Notes: generated from the sequence alone by a model not told the origin. Numbered from the stretch's first letter, positions 40,705 through 53,635 are shown. The stretch is DNA of 64,000 nt from Escherichia coli (GCF_030013205.1 NZ_CP122648.1), one strand, 5' to 3'. A program made the numbers and translations.

Positions 40705-41156
40705 TATTTTTGTTCATCAGGTGATGATTAAGCTGGAAATCAATAATAGCGGATGTTGATGAATGTGGGGCGAAAGATAGATTGTTAAAATGTGCGGGTA
40801 ATGGGGAGAGGGTATTTGAAGGTGAAATATGCCACTAAGGCAAATGTTACGTTCACTTCCAGACTATAGCTACTTTGTCACTATTTTGCTGGTGAACGTG
40901 CCAGGGTGGCTCAGTCGCCACCACCCTGGCGACCCAGGCTTTTGGCACAAAATCGCCGCTACGCGGTACATTCGACTTATTTCTTACGGCTATCGGGTAC
41001 GGGCGCGAGGTAACATCCCTGTAAGACGCGCCCTCGCCGCGCATCCCTGCGCGTCGCCCCGGCCTTCAGAAAACGTCTCATCGATTTTCAGCCGGATTAA
41101 AACCATCGCTGCAATTGTTTTACTCACATGAGCATTATCTGCGCGGTTATCAATAT

Positions 41157-42149
41157 TTACTTCTGCGCTGCCAGCGCCTCATTCACCCAGCCATCGAACT
41201 GCTGCTGGTGGGCTTTGATCCAACCATCAACGTGGCCCTGAATATCGCCTTCTGAGGCTTTGCCTTCATGCATAATGGCGTTCTGGGCGTTAATATCTGC
41301 CACTGGCAACTGCATAATGGCAAACAGTTTGGCTGCCGCCGGATTTTTCTCGGCCCAGGCTTTGTTGGCAACGATATGCATGGTACTGACCGGGAAGCCG
41401 TAATTCGCGCCATTCGGCAGTTTGGTATCGGCATTTTTATCGCCCGGCAGTGCGGAGAACGGCACCTGCAACCAGACCACATCTTTCCCCGGTTTCAGTT
41501 CGTTACTCACCCAGTACGGCGTCCAGGTGTAGTAAAACACCGGCTTACCCTCTTTGTAACGACTGATGGTGTCAGCCATCATCGCTGCGTAGTTCCCCTG
41601 ATTATGCGTCACGGTATTGGTCAGTCCATACGCGGCAAGCTGGTGGTTGATCGCACCTTCGCAGCCCCAGCCTGGGTTACAGCCGGTTAAATCCGCTTTA
41701 CCGTCGCCGTTGGTATCGAACAGTTTGGCGATCTTCGGATCTTTAAGTTGCGCGATGTTGGTGATTTTGTACTGGTCGGCGGTTTTCTTATCGATCAGGT
41801 AACCCTGTGCCGCGCCGTTAACGAATACCCCTTCACGATAAAATTTCTTATCGCCACCGGCAGCTTCGTACATGTTGTCATGCAGCGGCGTCCAGTTCAC
41901 GGCGGTGAAGGTTGCATCGCCGGAAGCAAGCGAGGTGTAGCCAACGTTGTAATCCACTTCGCTGGGTTTATTGACGGTATAACCTAATTTCTCCAGTGCA
42001 CGACTGACCAGCAGCGTCTGGAAGGTTTCTTCAGTGATGGTGCTCTGAACTGGATTAACAGTAATGCCTTTGCCCGGCAGATCGGCAGCAAAAGTTTGTG
42101 TAGAGATAAGCGTGGCAAACGCTGTCGCAAAAAGTACGCTATGTCGCAT
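41157..42149 (-). CDS. proX: Glycine betaine/proline ABC transporter periplasmic binding protein ProX
   Basis: Start [21 protein letters not shown] (signal peptide); ORF-track start 42191 is an extension. Confidence 0.92.
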   Translation of the reverse strand: MRHSVLFATAFATLISTQTFAADLPGKGITVNPVQSTITEETFQTLLVSRALEKLGYTVNKPSEVDYNVGYTSLASGDATFTAVNWTPLHDNMYEAAGGDKKFYREGVFVNGAAQGYLIDKKTADQYKITNIAQLKDPKIAKLFDTNGDGKADLTGCNPGWGCEGAINHQLAAYGLTNTVTHNQGNYAAMMADTISRYKEGKPVFYYTWTPYWVSNELKPGKDVVWLQVPFSALPGDKNADTKLPNGANYGFPVSTMHIVANKAWAEKNPAAAKLFAIMQLPVADINAQNAIMHEGKASEGDIQGHVDGWIKAHQQQFDGWVNEALAAQK

Positions 42150-42206
42150 TGTTATTCCTTTTTTTGGCAGGGTGATAATGCCCGGCGTCACCGGGCAAGT
42201 GCAGAG

Positions 42207-43271
42207 TTACTTAATGAATGGGCGGGTCAGCAGACCGACAGGGCCAGTGGTGTACCAGCGACGGTTGCCGCGACTGCGTGAGTCGCGCCCAACGGCCTGC
42301 GTCAGACGGTCGAGGATAATGGCGAGGATCACAATCCCGACGCCGCCAACGGTGGCAAGCCCCATATCCAGACGACCGATACCGCGAAGTACCATCTGAC
42401 CCAGCCCGCCGACGGCAATCATCGAGGCGATGACCACCATAGAAAGGGCCAGCATCAGCGTCTGGTTAACGCCCGCCATAATGGTTGGCATCGCCAGCGG
42501 TAACTGAACTTTGAACAGCATCTGGCGCGGGCTGGCACCGAATGAGCGCGAGGCTTCAATCAGATCCGCCGGAACCTGGTTAATTCCCAGAATCGTCAGA
42601 CGGATAATCGGCGGCAGCGCAAAGATGATCGTCACCACCACGCCCGGCACGTTGCCGATACCAAACAGCATGACGATTGGCACCAGATAAACAAACGCGG
42701 GCGTGGTCTGCATGGCATCAAGTAGTGGACGAATAATTTTCGCCGCTCGCGGACTTCTCGCTAGCCAGATCCCCAACGGCAAACCTATGACGATACAGAA
42801 CAGCAGGGCTGTTAACACCAGCGCCAGGGTAACCATTGCCTGTGACCAGGCACCGATTGCGCCGATGGCAATCAGCGAAACCAGCGTCGCCACGCCCATT
42901 CCGACCCCGGAAATCTGCCAGGCGATGAGAGCGAAAACGATAATCGCCACTGGCGCTGGCATACCCAGCAGCAATTGCTGGAAACCGTTGAGGATATAAT
43001 CAACCGGAACGCGCACGCCCTGGAAGACGGGACGGAAATGGGTAACGACCCAGTCGATCCCTTCAGTGACCCAACTGTCGAGCGGGATCAGCGTTTTATG
43101 GAACGGATCGAGAATATTAAAATGCTCGACGTTTGGCGCAGGCGTACTGGTCAGCCAGTCAGCACCACCGCCGTCAGTCGGTGCAGCAGCCGGTGTACCC
43201 CAGGCGTCTGCGGACTGTGCGGCACTGTCCGCCGCTGGCGTGGTATCCCACGGATTATTTTGATCAGCCAT
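42207..43271 (-). CDS. proW: Glycine betaine/proline ABC transporter permease ProW
   Basis: 354 aa, ABC permease. Confidence 0.92.
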   Translation of the reverse strand: MADQNNPWDTTPAADSAAQSADAWGTPAAAPTDGGGADWLTSTPAPNVEHFNILDPFHKTLIPLDSWVTEGIDWVVTHFRPVFQGVRVPVDYILNGFQQLLLGMPAPVAIIVFALIAWQISGVGMGVATLVSLIAIGAIGAWSQAMVTLALVLTALLFCIVIGLPLGIWLARSPRAAKIIRPLLDAMQTTPAFVYLVPIVMLFGIGNVPGVVVTIIFALPPIIRLTILGINQVPADLIEASRSFGASPRQMLFKVQLPLAMPTIMAGVNQTLMLALSMVVIASMIAVGGLGQMVLRGIGRLDMGLATVGGVGIVILAIILDRLTQAVGRDSRSRGNRRWYTTGPVGLLTRPFIK

Positions 43272-44466
43272 TATTTACCCCCTCACGATCTAAAGCGCGC
43301 AGCAGCATTCCTTTCGAAATGATGCCGACATACTGTTGGTCCTCATCGACCACGGGCACCGCACAGGGGGCCTGTCCGACATGAGAGAGCAACTCGCTAA
43401 GAGGCGTTTGTGCATCGACCGCTAACGGCGCATCAATCAGCGCCGCATCAAGACCTTGCTGCTGCGTTAACGCGGCTTTAAGCGAATCGATAGACACAGC
43501 GCCGACAAACTTATTACCGCGTTCGATGACGTAGCCATATTCGCGATCTTCATCCTGCAATAATTTCAGTGCCGAACGCGGGCCGAAGCCGGGGGTTTTA
43601 CGAATTAAGCCGTTCGGTGTACGACGGGCAATATCTTTCGCACTGAACACCTGGCTAATATCGACGCCACGGAAGAAGGTACGGACATAATCATTCGCCG
43701 GATTATTGAGAATTTCATCCGGTGTGCCGACCTGTACCACTTCACCATTTTGCATAATGGCAATTCGGTCGCCAATACGCATGGCTTCATCGAGATCGTG
43801 GGAAATAAAGACAATGGTGCGCTGATGTTTCGCCTGTAATTTTACCAGCTCATCCTGCATCTCGGTGCGAATTAATGGATCGAGTGCTGAGAAGGCTTCG
43901 TCCATTAATAATATATCCGGATTAATCGCTAACGCGCGGGCTAATCCCACACGTTGACGCATCCCGCCAGAGAGTTCATCCGGGTAGCTGTGGGCATAAT
44001 TTTCCAGCCCGACCTGACGCAGTGCATCAAGGGCTTTTTCCCGGCGTTCTTCGGCATTAATTCCGGCCAATTCCATACCGAATGCAGTATTGTCCAGCAC
44101 GGTCATATGCGGCATTAAGGCAAAGGACTGGAAGACCATCGCAATCTTTTTTCTGCGCACCTCACGGAGTTCGGCGTCGGATATTTTGGCAATATCCACA
44201 CCATCAATCAGCACTTGCCCGCGGGTGGGTTCAATCAGGCGATTGAGAAGGCGTACCATTGTGGATTTACCCGAACCGGATAATCCCATGATGACAAATA
44301 TCTCGCCTTCTTCAATGGCCAGACTGGCGTCTTTTACGCCAAGCGATAGCCCAGTTTTTTCCAGAATTTGTTCTTTTGAAAGTCCTTGTTCGATATATTT
44401 GAAAGCTCGCTGTGGATGCTCACCAAATATTTTATAAAGATTTTTAATTTCTAATTTAATTGCCAT
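43264..44466 (-). CDS. proV: Glycine betaine/proline ABC transporter ATPase ProV (with tandem CBS)
   Basis: 400 aa, Walker [18 protein letters not shown] signature. Confidence 0.93.
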   Translation of the reverse strand: MAIKLEIKNLYKIFGEHPQRAFKYIEQGLSKEQILEKTGLSLGVKDASLAIEEGEIFVIMGLSGSGKSTMVRLLNRLIEPTRGQVLIDGVDIAKISDAELREVRRKKIAMVFQSFALMPHMTVLDNTAFGMELAGINAEERREKALDALRQVGLENYAHSYPDELSGGMRQRVGLARALAINPDILLMDEAFSALDPLIRTEMQDELVKLQAKHQRTIVFISHDLDEAMRIGDRIAIMQNGEVVQVGTPDEILNNPANDYVRTFFRGVDISQVFSAKDIARRTPNGLIRKTPGFGPRSALKLLQDEDREYGYVIERGNKFVGAVSIDSLKAALTQQQGLDAALIDAPLAVDAQTPLSELLSHVGQAPCAVPVVDEDQQYVGIISKGMLLRALDREGVNNG

Positions 44467-44822
44467 GCAATAGAAAGATTCCTGTTATTTGTTTATGTCG
44501 ATACATTACCCAATGGAAATAGTCACTTTTTTCTACCCTAACATACTGAGAATCTGAGGCAACCCCTGATGGCAAATGTGGCATGAATATTGATGTGAGC
44601 AAATCGCCGGAATTTCCCATGATATAAGGGCTGAGAGCAAATCGAGAAAAGTTGATATTTTTTGTCAAAGATAGCAAAAAAACGCCTGAATATTGTGGTT
44701 TCAGGCGAATAATGCAACAGAGTGTCAGTGTAGATCACCACAAAATATTTGCGTGATAAAAAGCTATTTGGCGGGAATTATTTCCCTGCTGCGGGTAGTG
44801 ATATTTTTGAAAAATAACACCC

Positions 44823-45791
<969 letters not shown>

Positions 45792-47936
45792 TTAAAGTGC
45801 ACACGAGACGCAGCCTTCAATTTCAGTGCCTTCCAGCGCCATCTGACGCAGGCGGATGTAATAGAGCGTTTTGATACCTTTGCGCCAGGCGTAAATCTGC
45901 GCTTTGTTGATATCGCGAGTGGTGGCGGTATCGGGGAAAAACAGCGTCAGCGACAGCCCCTGATCGACATGGCGAGTCGCTTCCGCGTAAGTGTCGATGA
46001 TCTTTTCTGCGCCAATTTCGTAAGCGTCCTGATACAGCGCCAGATTCTCGTTAGTCATAAACGGGGCAGGGTAGTAAACGCGTCCTGTTTTGCCCTCTTT
46101 GCGTATCTCTACTTTCGCCACAATCGGATGAATACTCGACGTAGCATGGTTGATATAAGAGATAGAACCGGTTGGCGGCACCGCCTGAAGATTCTGGTTG
46201 TAAATGCCGTAGCGCATCACGTCGTCGCGCAGCTGCGCCCACATCTCACGGGTAGGTAACGTAATACCGCTACGGGTAAACAGTTCGCCAACTTTCGCCG
46301 TTTTCGGCTGCCAGTTCCCTTGCAGATATTGGCTAAAATATTCACCACTGGCATAGCGTGACTGTTTGAACCCGGCGAAGGTTTCACCGCGTTCGCGCGC
46401 CAGCAACATCGAGGTACGCAGTGCGTGCCAGGTGATGGTATAGAAATAGAGATTGGTGAAATCCAGTGCTTCCGGCGACCCATAAGCGATGCCTTCTCGC
46501 GCCAGATAGCCGTGTAAATTCATCTGCCCCAGTCCGATGGCGTGTGAGGCGGCATTTCCGGCTTCGATGGACGGCACGCTGCGGATATGACTCATATCTG
46601 ATACTGCCGTTAAACCGCGCACGGCAGTCTCTACCGTGCGGGCAAAGTCGGGGGAATCCATGGTGTGGGCAATATTCAACGAACCTAAATTGCAGGAAAT
46701 ATCATGGCCTGTGCGGGCATAGTCGAGATTCTCGTCATACTCTGAGGCGCTGTTAACCTGCAAAATTTCTGAGCAGAGATTGCTCATATTTATGCGCCCG
46801 GCGATAGGGTTAGCACGGTTAACCGTGTCTTCATACATGATGTAGGGATAGCCGGACTCAAACTGGATTTCTGCCAGTCGCTGGAAGAAATCACGGGCGT
46901 TGATGTATTTTTTGCGGATGCGTTCATTGGCAACCAGTTCGGCATAGTGTTCACTGATGGCGATATCAGCAAACGGCTTGCCATAAACCCGCTCAACGTC
47001 ATAAGGCGAAAACAGTGCCATCTGCGCATTCTCTTTTGCCAGATGGAAAGTGATATCCGGGATCACCACGCCCAGCGACAGTGTTTTAATGCGGATTTTC
47101 TCGTCGGCATTTTCCCGTTTCGTATCGAGAAAACGCAGAATATCGGGATGATGGGCATGTAAATAGACTGCCCCAGCCCCCTGACGCGCGCCGAGCTGGT
47201 TGGCATAGGAAAATGCGTCTTCCAGCATTTTCATCACCGGAATCACGCCAGATGATTGATTTTCAATACGTTTAATTGGCGCGCCCGCTTCTCGCAGATT
47301 CGACAGCAAAAATGCCACGCCGCCGCCGCGTTTCGACAGTTGCAGTGCGGAATTTACCGCCCGGCCAATCGACTCCATGTTGTCTTCAATACGCAGCAAA
47401 AAACAGGAAACCAGTTCGCCGCGCTGCTGCTTACCACAGTTGAGGAATGTCGGTGTTGCAGGCTGAAAGCGTCCTGACAGCATCTCATCGGTCAGTTGCG
47501 TCGCCAGTGTTTCATCGCCTTGTGCCAGCATCAGCGCCATCATCGTGACTCGATCGGCAAAATCTTCCAGATAACGCTTACCGTCGAATGTCTTCAACGT
47601 ATAGCTGGTGTAAAACTTCCATGCTCCGAGGAATGTCTGAAAACGAAAACCGCTGGCGTGTGCGTGGGCAAACAGCGTAATGACAAAATCGCGAGAGTAG
47701 CGGTTGAGGACGTTTTCATCATAGTAACCTTCGTTGACTAGCCAGTTCAGGCGCTGCTGCTGGCTACTGAAGGTCACACTGTTCGGACGCACATGTGTCG
47801 CCATAAAGGCGTCAACGGCCTGGCGATCTTTATCGAACTGAATGCGACCTGCGCTATCGTAAAGGTTAAGCATCGCATTCAGCGCGTGGTAATCCATCGT
47901 TTCCTGCGTCAGGCGTTCTGCGGTTGTCGTTGCCAA
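45792..47936 (-). CDS. nrdE: Class Ib ribonucleotide reductase alpha subunit NrdE
   Basis: 714 aa, C-terminal CxxC...CVSCAL. Confidence 0.93.
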
Positions 47937-48319
47937 AATTCGGTTACTCCTTTACGAACGTTTTCGATATCGCTTTGCGTACCCATGAGTTCAAAGCGGT
48001 ACAACCACGGCACGCCGCATTTCCGGGCTATCACATCTCCGGCGCGGCCATACGCCTCACCAAAGTTGCGATTACCCGAAGCAATAACGCCGCGCAGCAA
48101 CGCCCGGTTGTGCTCGTCGTTTAAAAAGCGAATGACCTGTCGTGGCACCGCGCCAGCCGTACCGCCGCCGCCGTAAGAGGGCACGATCAGGATGTAAGGC
48201 TCGTCTACCTGAATCCGTTCCCGCTCATTGAGCGGGATGCGCACCGCGGGCAGCCCTAAACGTTCGATAAAACGCTGCGTATTTTCGGAGCTGCTGGAAA
48301 AGTAGACGAGCTGGCTCAT
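47909..48319 (-). CDS. nrdI: Flavodoxin-like NrdI
   Basis: 136 aa, [14 protein letters not shown] start. Confidence 0.92.
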
Positions 48320-48561
48320 GCACTGGCAGCGTGTGGCGCTGGATGCAGACGATTGATCATGTCCGGGCGGAAACCAGACCAGCTAAGATCGCCTGCAATC
48401 ACAACCGGCAACTGACGAAAGCCCTGAGCACGCAGCGCTTCCGCCGCTTCAGGAACGCGATCGACATTAATCATTTCAAAATCAAAGCCCCGGTTTTCCA
48501 TCGCCCGTTTGGTGGCGTGGCACTGAACGCAATCGTTACGAGTGTAAATGGTAATGCGCAT
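48316..48561 (-). CDS. nrdH: Glutaredoxin-like NrdH
   Basis: 81 aa, CVQC redox motif. Confidence 0.92.
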
Positions 48562-48730
48562 GATTCGTATTTCCGTTTAAAATGAAGATACGGCGCGATG
48601 ATACGCGTCGGGTTGTCTCTCTGTTGATACAGAGATACTATATGTAGTTGAAAAAAGATTCAACCATACAAGATATGGGAATTTTAGATTGATTACGCCA
48701 CCGATGAATGGCTCAACGGGGTAGGGGATT

Positions 48731-48748
48731 TTGTGTTTTTTTGCCGGG
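48731..48748 (-). terminator. Rho-independent terminator (GCCGGGTATTCACCCGGC + A/T-rich tail on minus strand) downstream of the CMD-family gene
   Basis: Hairpin followed by AAAAAAACACAAAA on minus strand, just past the stop at 48770. Confidence 0.6.
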
Positions 48749-48769
48749 TGAATACCCGGCATCAAGAAG

Positions 48770-49201
48770 TTACATCCGCATGGAAACGGCCAGACGGTTA
48801 AAACAATTCATCAGCCCGATGGCAAACGTTAAGTCGCTGATCTCTGCTGCGCTGAAATGCTCAAGCAAAGGCTGATAAACCTCGTCTTCCGCATGGGTTC
48901 TGGCAATTTCGGTTACCGATTCCGCCCATGCCAGCGCCGCCCGCTCGCGTTCATCAAAATGATGGCTTACGCGCCAACCTGCCAGGGCATCCAGTTTGTG
49001 CTGTGGCACGCCGGATTTGCGCAATGCTTTGCTGTGCATCTCCAGACAAAATGCGCAGCCGTTGATTTGCGAGACGCGCAAATAAACTAACTCCATCAAC
49101 GTGGTATCCAGCGTGCTATTTTCCAGTGCCGTTTTGGCCTGCACTAGTGCGTTATACACTGCCGGGCTAAGTTCGTAGTAAGGCTGACGTAATGTAGTCA
49201 T
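48770..49201 (-). CDS. Carboxymuconolactone decarboxylase (CMD)/AhpD-like family protein
   Basis: 143 aa with NGCAFCLEMH (CxxC...H) signature typical of CMD/AhpD-like peroxidase-type proteins. Confidence 0.7.
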   Translation of the reverse strand: MTTLRQPYYELSPAVYNALVQAKTALENSTLDTTLMELVYLRVSQINGCAFCLEMHSKALRKSGVPQHKLDALAGWRVSHHFDERERAALAWAESVTEIARTHAEDEVYQPLLEHFSAAEISDLTFAIGLMNCFNRLAVSMRM

Positions 49202-49288
49202 ACAGTTTCTCCTCTTATTAACGCCCGCAATGTAGCACTATAATGGACTGCTAAAGAGAGCCATAAATTACCTAAAAAAGCAGACCAT

Positions 49289-50623
49289 ATGCCGCGCTAT
49301 CAGGATATCGCCCGTCAGTTAAAAACGGCTATTGAGCAAGGGGAACTGAAACCCGGCGCAAGGCTGCCTTCAAGTCGTACCTGGTCGCAGGAGCTGGGGG
49401 TGTCTCGATCCACTGTCGAAAATGCGTATGCTGAGCTGGTGGCGCAAGGATGGCTGATCAGGCGGGGACAGGCTGGCACATTTGTCAGTGAGCGGATATA
49501 TCCGCAACAATCTACTGTACAAGTTGTAGCTTTTGCCGGTGAAAGTCAGCAACCGTTGCCATTTCAAATGGGATTACCCGCACTCGATCTCTTTCCGCGA
49601 GAGCTGTGGGCGCGGGTGATGGGGCGTCGCCTTCGTACCCAGACGCGCTTTGATTTGGCGTTAGGCGATGTCTGCGGTGAGGTGGCGTTGCGCGAGGCAA
49701 TAGTTGATTACTTACGCGTTTCACGTGGGATTGATTGTCAGCCAGAGCAGGTCTTTATCACTCACGGTTATGCGGCCTCAATAGCTTTAATTCTGCACGC
49801 GCTGGCGAAACCGGGAAACGGGATGTGGATAGAAGATCCCGGCTTTCCACTGATTCGCCCGATTGTCACTCGCCATGATGTGGAAATTTTGCCTGTGCCG
49901 GTTGATGACAATGGACTGGATATCACAAGCGGAATACAAAATTATCCTGATGCGCGTTTTGCCCTGATAACACCAGCACACCAAAGTCCGCTGGGTGTGG
50001 CGCTCTCTTTAGCGCGCAGGCATCAGATACTGGAATGGGCAGATCGTAGTCAGGCATGGATTATTGAAGATGATTATGACAGTGAGTTTCGCTATCACGG
50101 TAAGCCGTTACCGGCGTTAAAAAGTCTCGACGCACCGCAGCGGGTAATTTATGCCGGAACATTCAGCAAAGCGCTATTTCCTGCATTGCGCTGTGCGTGG
50201 CTGGTGTTGCCAGTGAAGCAAATTGCACAATTCCGCCACCAGGCGTCACTGGCTCCATGTGCGGTACCTGTTCTATGGCAGAACACACTGGCAGACTTTC
50301 TTCGCGAGGGGCATTTCTGGCGGCATCTGAAGAAAATGCGTCAGCATTATGCTCAACGTCGGCAATGGATTGAGCAAGCGTTGACGCAGCAAGGATTTCA
50401 GGTTGTGCCGCAGAAAGGTGGTATCCAGATGGTGATCAGAATGATAGGCGATGATATTGCCCATGCGCGTAAAGCCAATGCTGCAGGCCTTGCGGTGCAG
50501 GCACTTAGCGACTGGCGTATCCGTTCAAGTGGGGAAGGTGGATTACTGCTCTCGTTTACTAATATCGTTAACGAAGGTATGGCGCGACAGGTAGCACAAC
50601 AATTACGTAAAGCCTTAAGCTAA
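49289..50623 (+). CDS. MocR/GabR-type transcriptional regulator (GntR HTH fused to PLP aminotransferase-like domain)
   Basis: 444 aa; N-terminal GntR-like HTH (LPSSRTWSQELGVSRSTVENAYAELVAQGWL), C-terminal fold-type I domain with SK PLP-lysine context (TFSKALFPALR); divergent from CMD gene. Confidence 0.75.
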   Translation: MPRYQDIARQLKTAIEQGELKPGARLPSSRTWSQELGVSRSTVENAYAELVAQGWLIRRGQAGTFVSERIYPQQSTVQVVAFAGESQQPLPFQMGLPALDLFPRELWARVMGRRLRTQTRFDLALGDVCGEVALREAIVDYLRVSRGIDCQPEQVFITHGYAASIALILHALAKPGNGMWIEDPGFPLIRPIVTRHDVEILPVPVDDNGLDITSGIQNYPDARFALITPAHQSPLGVALSLARRHQILEWADRSQAWIIEDDYDSEFRYHGKPLPALKSLDAPQRVIYAGTFSKALFPALRCAWLVLPVKQIAQFRHQASLAPCAVPVLWQNTLADFLREGHFWRHLKKMRQHYAQRRQWIEQALTQQGFQVVPQKGGIQMVIRMIGDDIAHARKANAAGLAVQALSDWRIRSSGEGGLLLSFTNIVNEGMARQVAQQLRKALS

Positions 50624-50626
50624 AAA

Positions 50627-50650
50627 ACCCCGAAGCCAGGCTTCGGGGTC
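50627..50650. terminator. Bidirectional terminator hairpin CCCCGAAGCC-N-GGCTTCGGGG between convergent MocR-like gene and ygaM
   Basis: Perfect GC-rich inverted repeat flanked by A/T runs. Confidence 0.65.
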
Positions 50651-50679
50651 AAAGACGCGTATTTATTATCATTATTGCA

Positions 50680-51021
50680 CTACGATTTGCGCATGCTTAA
50701 CAGTGCGCCGATAAAAATACCAACCGCAGCTGCTGTACCCACGCTACACCAGGGTCTTTCACGAACAAAAGAATCCGCGCAGCCAACGGCATCGCGCGCG
50801 GCTTGCTGGACGCGAGTACGACCATGCATTCGCGCTCTGGTTTCTTTCAGTAGAGCCTGCGCTTTACTACGAGCGGCTTCGGCTTCCCCTTTGGCGTCGC
50901 TGCCCCAGGACTTCAATACAGATTCGAGGCTGTCAGCTAATTGATTGACATCATTCTGGATATCCTGCACGCCATCATCGACGTCGTTGCGGTTCGGTCG
51001 GTTAAACATATGATCCCCCAT
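50680..51021 (-). CDS. ygaM: DUF883 (ElaB/YqjD-like) ribosome-associated membrane-anchored protein YgaM
   Basis: C-terminal TM anchor AAAVGIFIGALL; real start may be the internal MFNRPNRND (51009). Confidence 0.85.
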   Translation of the reverse strand: MGDHMFNRPNRNDVDDGVQDIQNDVNQLADSLESVLKSWGSDAKGEAEAARSKAQALLKETRARMHGRTRVQQAARDAVGCADSFVRERPWCSVGTAAAVGIFIGALLSMRKS

Positions 51022-51160
51022 TAGAATTCGATGTAATTTTCAGTGTAGACCATAATTTTCTTAACTGAGGTTCATCGCGGCTTTATGGACTTTTCTGAAA
51101 GCGTTGTGAATGCGCAATCAGGTAAGGTAGGCCCGCGGTTGATAATAACGAGGATCAAAT

Positions 51161-51505
51161 ATGTATTTACGACCAGACGAGGTGGCGCGCGTACTTGAAA
51201 AAGTCGGTTTTACTGTCGATGTGGTAACCCAGAAAGCGTATGGTTACCGCCGTGGGGAAAATTATGTCTATGTTAATCGTGAAGCACGAATGGGACGTAC
51301 CGCCCTGGTAATTCATCCAACATTAAAAGAACGTAGTTCGACACTGGCTGAACCCGCTTCCGATATTAAAACTTGCGATCATTACCAGCAATTTCCGCTC
51401 TATTTAGCGGGTGAACGTCATGAGCATTACGGTATCCCCCATGGCTTTAGTTCGCGTGTTGCGCTTGAACGTTATTTGAATGGTTTATTTGGCGAAGCCA
51501 GTTAA
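51161..51505 (+). CDS. ygaC: Uncharacterized protein YgaC
   Basis: 114 aa, conserved position. Confidence 0.8.
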
Positions 51506-51541
51506 AGACGCGACTGGCGATGCCAGTCGCGAAAAGAAGGC

Positions 51542-51991
51542 TCAGGCTTTTACCTGCTGGTAACGGCTGACTTTAAACAGTCGGCGGCAATAATCGAGGA
51601 AGTAGCCATAAACCGCCCCCATCAACATCGAAACAACGATGTTTGAACTGACCGCCGCCATAATCTGATGCCAGTCTGCGCCCACCACTAACAAGATCGC
51701 CACATACACCGGTGACTGGAACGTCACATAAGCCATGATATCCGCCAGATTTTTTATCCAGCCCGACGGGCTAACTTTGCGTGCTGCGCGCATAAACAGA
51801 TCGCGGTACATACCGTATGGCCATGCAATTAAGATGTTCACCGGAATCGCTACCAATCTGGAATAAAAAGACTGTTCGAAGCTCATTCCGGAGAGGAAAA
51901 CTTCAATACACATGTTCACGACAGAACAGTAAACAACCATCGCGAACGTATCTGCAACTGCATGACGCAAGCGTGACTGCGGTGAGAACAT
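51542..51991 (-). CDS. alaE: L-alanine exporter AlaE
   Basis: 149 aa from [18 protein letters not shown]; ORF-track start 52102 is an extension. Confidence 0.85.
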   Translation of the reverse strand: MFSPQSRLRHAVADTFAMVVYCSVVNMCIEVFLSGMSFEQSFYSRLVAIPVNILIAWPYGMYRDLFMRAARKVSPSGWIKNLADIMAYVTFQSPVYVAILLVVGADWHQIMAAVSSNIVVSMLMGAVYGYFLDYCRRLFKVSRYQQVKA

Positions 51992-52659
51992 GCTAATGCT
52001 CCTTAATAAAAGCGTAATGGGATGTGAATGGAGATGAAAGCAGTGGATCTCATTGCCATCTGCATTTTCGCATAGCGTATATCGCTGGCTATGACTAATC
52101 AATTAGTGAAAAATTTTTATTTAAACTGTTTTTGTAGATAAAATATTCCGTAACGGCGCGTTTTTTGTACATTGTGGATTTTTACATGCCGATATGGTTT
52201 ATTTTTAATTAAATCAATTAGATATGATTCTGCCTTTAATTACACTAATGAAAGTTTGGGGGTGAGGTAACGCTATAAGCGTAGAGAATTCGGTGTATGT
52301 CGTGACCGGGTCATTTTCAGCATTTTTTATGCCAGAAAATGTACATTGACAGCAGAAAGCACCAGTGAGGGGGGGGTTCCATTTATTCGGTTAAATTGCA
52401 TTTTTATTCATTTTTGTTTTGTCAGGCTTGCGGAATTAGCGAGCAGAGAGCGCCGCTCTGCTCACAAATAACCTAAATTACTCATCAAAATGGCTAATAT
52501 ATAATCTTGAAATTATTCTGAGAGTTTCAGAAAATAACAGCTGAAATAATCTCGCGCAGGACTGTAAATAGATTAAATTTTGTGGAAATATAATAAGTGA
52601 TCGCTTACACTACGCGACGAAATACTTTTTTGTTTTGGCGTTAAAAGGTTTTCTTTATT

Positions 52660-53064
52660 ATGTCCGTAATGTTACAAAGTTTAAATAACATTCGCACCCT
52701 CCGTGCGATGGCTCGCGAATTCTCCATTGACGTTCTTGAAGAAATGCTCGAAAAATTCAGGGTTGTCACTAAAGAAAGACGTGAAGAAGAAGAACAGCAG
52801 CAGCGTGAACTGGCTGAGCGTCAGGAAAAAATTAGCACCTGGCTGGAGCTGATGAAAGCTGACGGAATTAACCCGGAAGAGTTATTGGGTAATAGCTCTG
52901 CTGCTGCACCACGCGCTGGTAAAAAACGCCAGCCGCGTCCGGCGAAATATAAATTCACCGATGTTAACGGTGAAACTAAAACCTGGACCGGTCAGGGTCG
53001 TACACCGAAGCCAATCGCTCAGGCGCTGGCAGAAGGTAAATCTCTCGACGATTTCCTGATCTAA
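52660..53064 (+). CDS. stpA: H-NS paralog nucleoid protein StpA
   Basis: 134 aa; C-terminal DNA-binding TWTGQGRTP. Confidence 0.93.
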   Translation: MSVMLQSLNNIRTLRAMAREFSIDVLEEMLEKFRVVTKERREEEEQQQRELAERQEKISTWLELMKADGINPEELLGNSSAAAPRAGKKRQPRPAKYKFTDVNGETKTWTGQGRTPKPIAQALAEGKSLDDFLI

Positions 53065-53110
53065 TTACTGAGGCCGGATGCCGCCGCTATGGCGCGTCCG
53101 GCGTCGCTTC

Positions 53111-53635
53111 TCAAGCTCGTTGGTTCCACGGCATCTTACCTAACAACCTTGCCATCCCACAAAAACCGCTAATTCCTGCAAACAGTAACCCGGCACCAAC
53201 AAAGCCGCTTAATAAGAAGAAACCGCTATTTACGGTATAACCTAGTATAACTCCGATTAATATTAAACCACCCGCAGCGATCTGCACCTGGCGCATTAAC
53301 GGCAAGGGTTGAGATTTATTTACCGCTACTGGTAATCCTGCTTTTTTCCAGCCATCAATCCCATCTTCGAGTAAAAAGATTTCTGCGGGGGCGGCAATCG
53401 CTGCTAATTTATCGGCGTTATTACTGGTGCGTTTACCTGCCTGGCAGTGGAATATAATTTGCTCGTGACGTAATTTAGCCGGAAGACCTGACTGTTCCAG
53501 CACGGATAATGGAGCCAGATCTGCTTCAGGAATATGCTCACGAAGATATTCATCAGCGTCACGAATATCGATTAACTTTGCGCCGCGTGCGATTAATTCT
53601 TGTGCATCATGCGGCGAAATGGTTGTCAAAGCCAT
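53111..53635 (-). CDS. ygaP: Membrane-anchored rhodanese (thiosulfate sulfurtransferase) YgaP
   Basis: 174 aa, rhodanese active-site CQAGKR and C-terminal TM helices. Confidence 0.85.
   Translation of the reverse strand: MALTTISPHDAQELIARGAKLIDIRDADEYLREHIPEADLAPLSVLEQSGLPAKLRHEQIIFHCQAGKRTSNNADKLAAIAAPAEIFLLEDGIDGWKKAGLPVAVNKSQPLPLMRQVQIAAGGLILIGVILGYTVNSGFFLLSGFVGAGLLFAGISGFCGMARLLGKMPWNQRA

Noticed and set aside
40829-41131. 100-aa plus-strand ORF in the ygaY-proX intergenic region
   Set aside because: Arg/Pro-rich low-complexity product, no SD sequence, overlaps a strong hairpin; treated as non-coding
44456-44822. Small ORFs (44456-44677, 44538-44741 minus; 44693-45220 plus) in the proV upstream region
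   Set aside because: Located in the known proU promoter/regulatory region or antisense to nrdF; no coding signal
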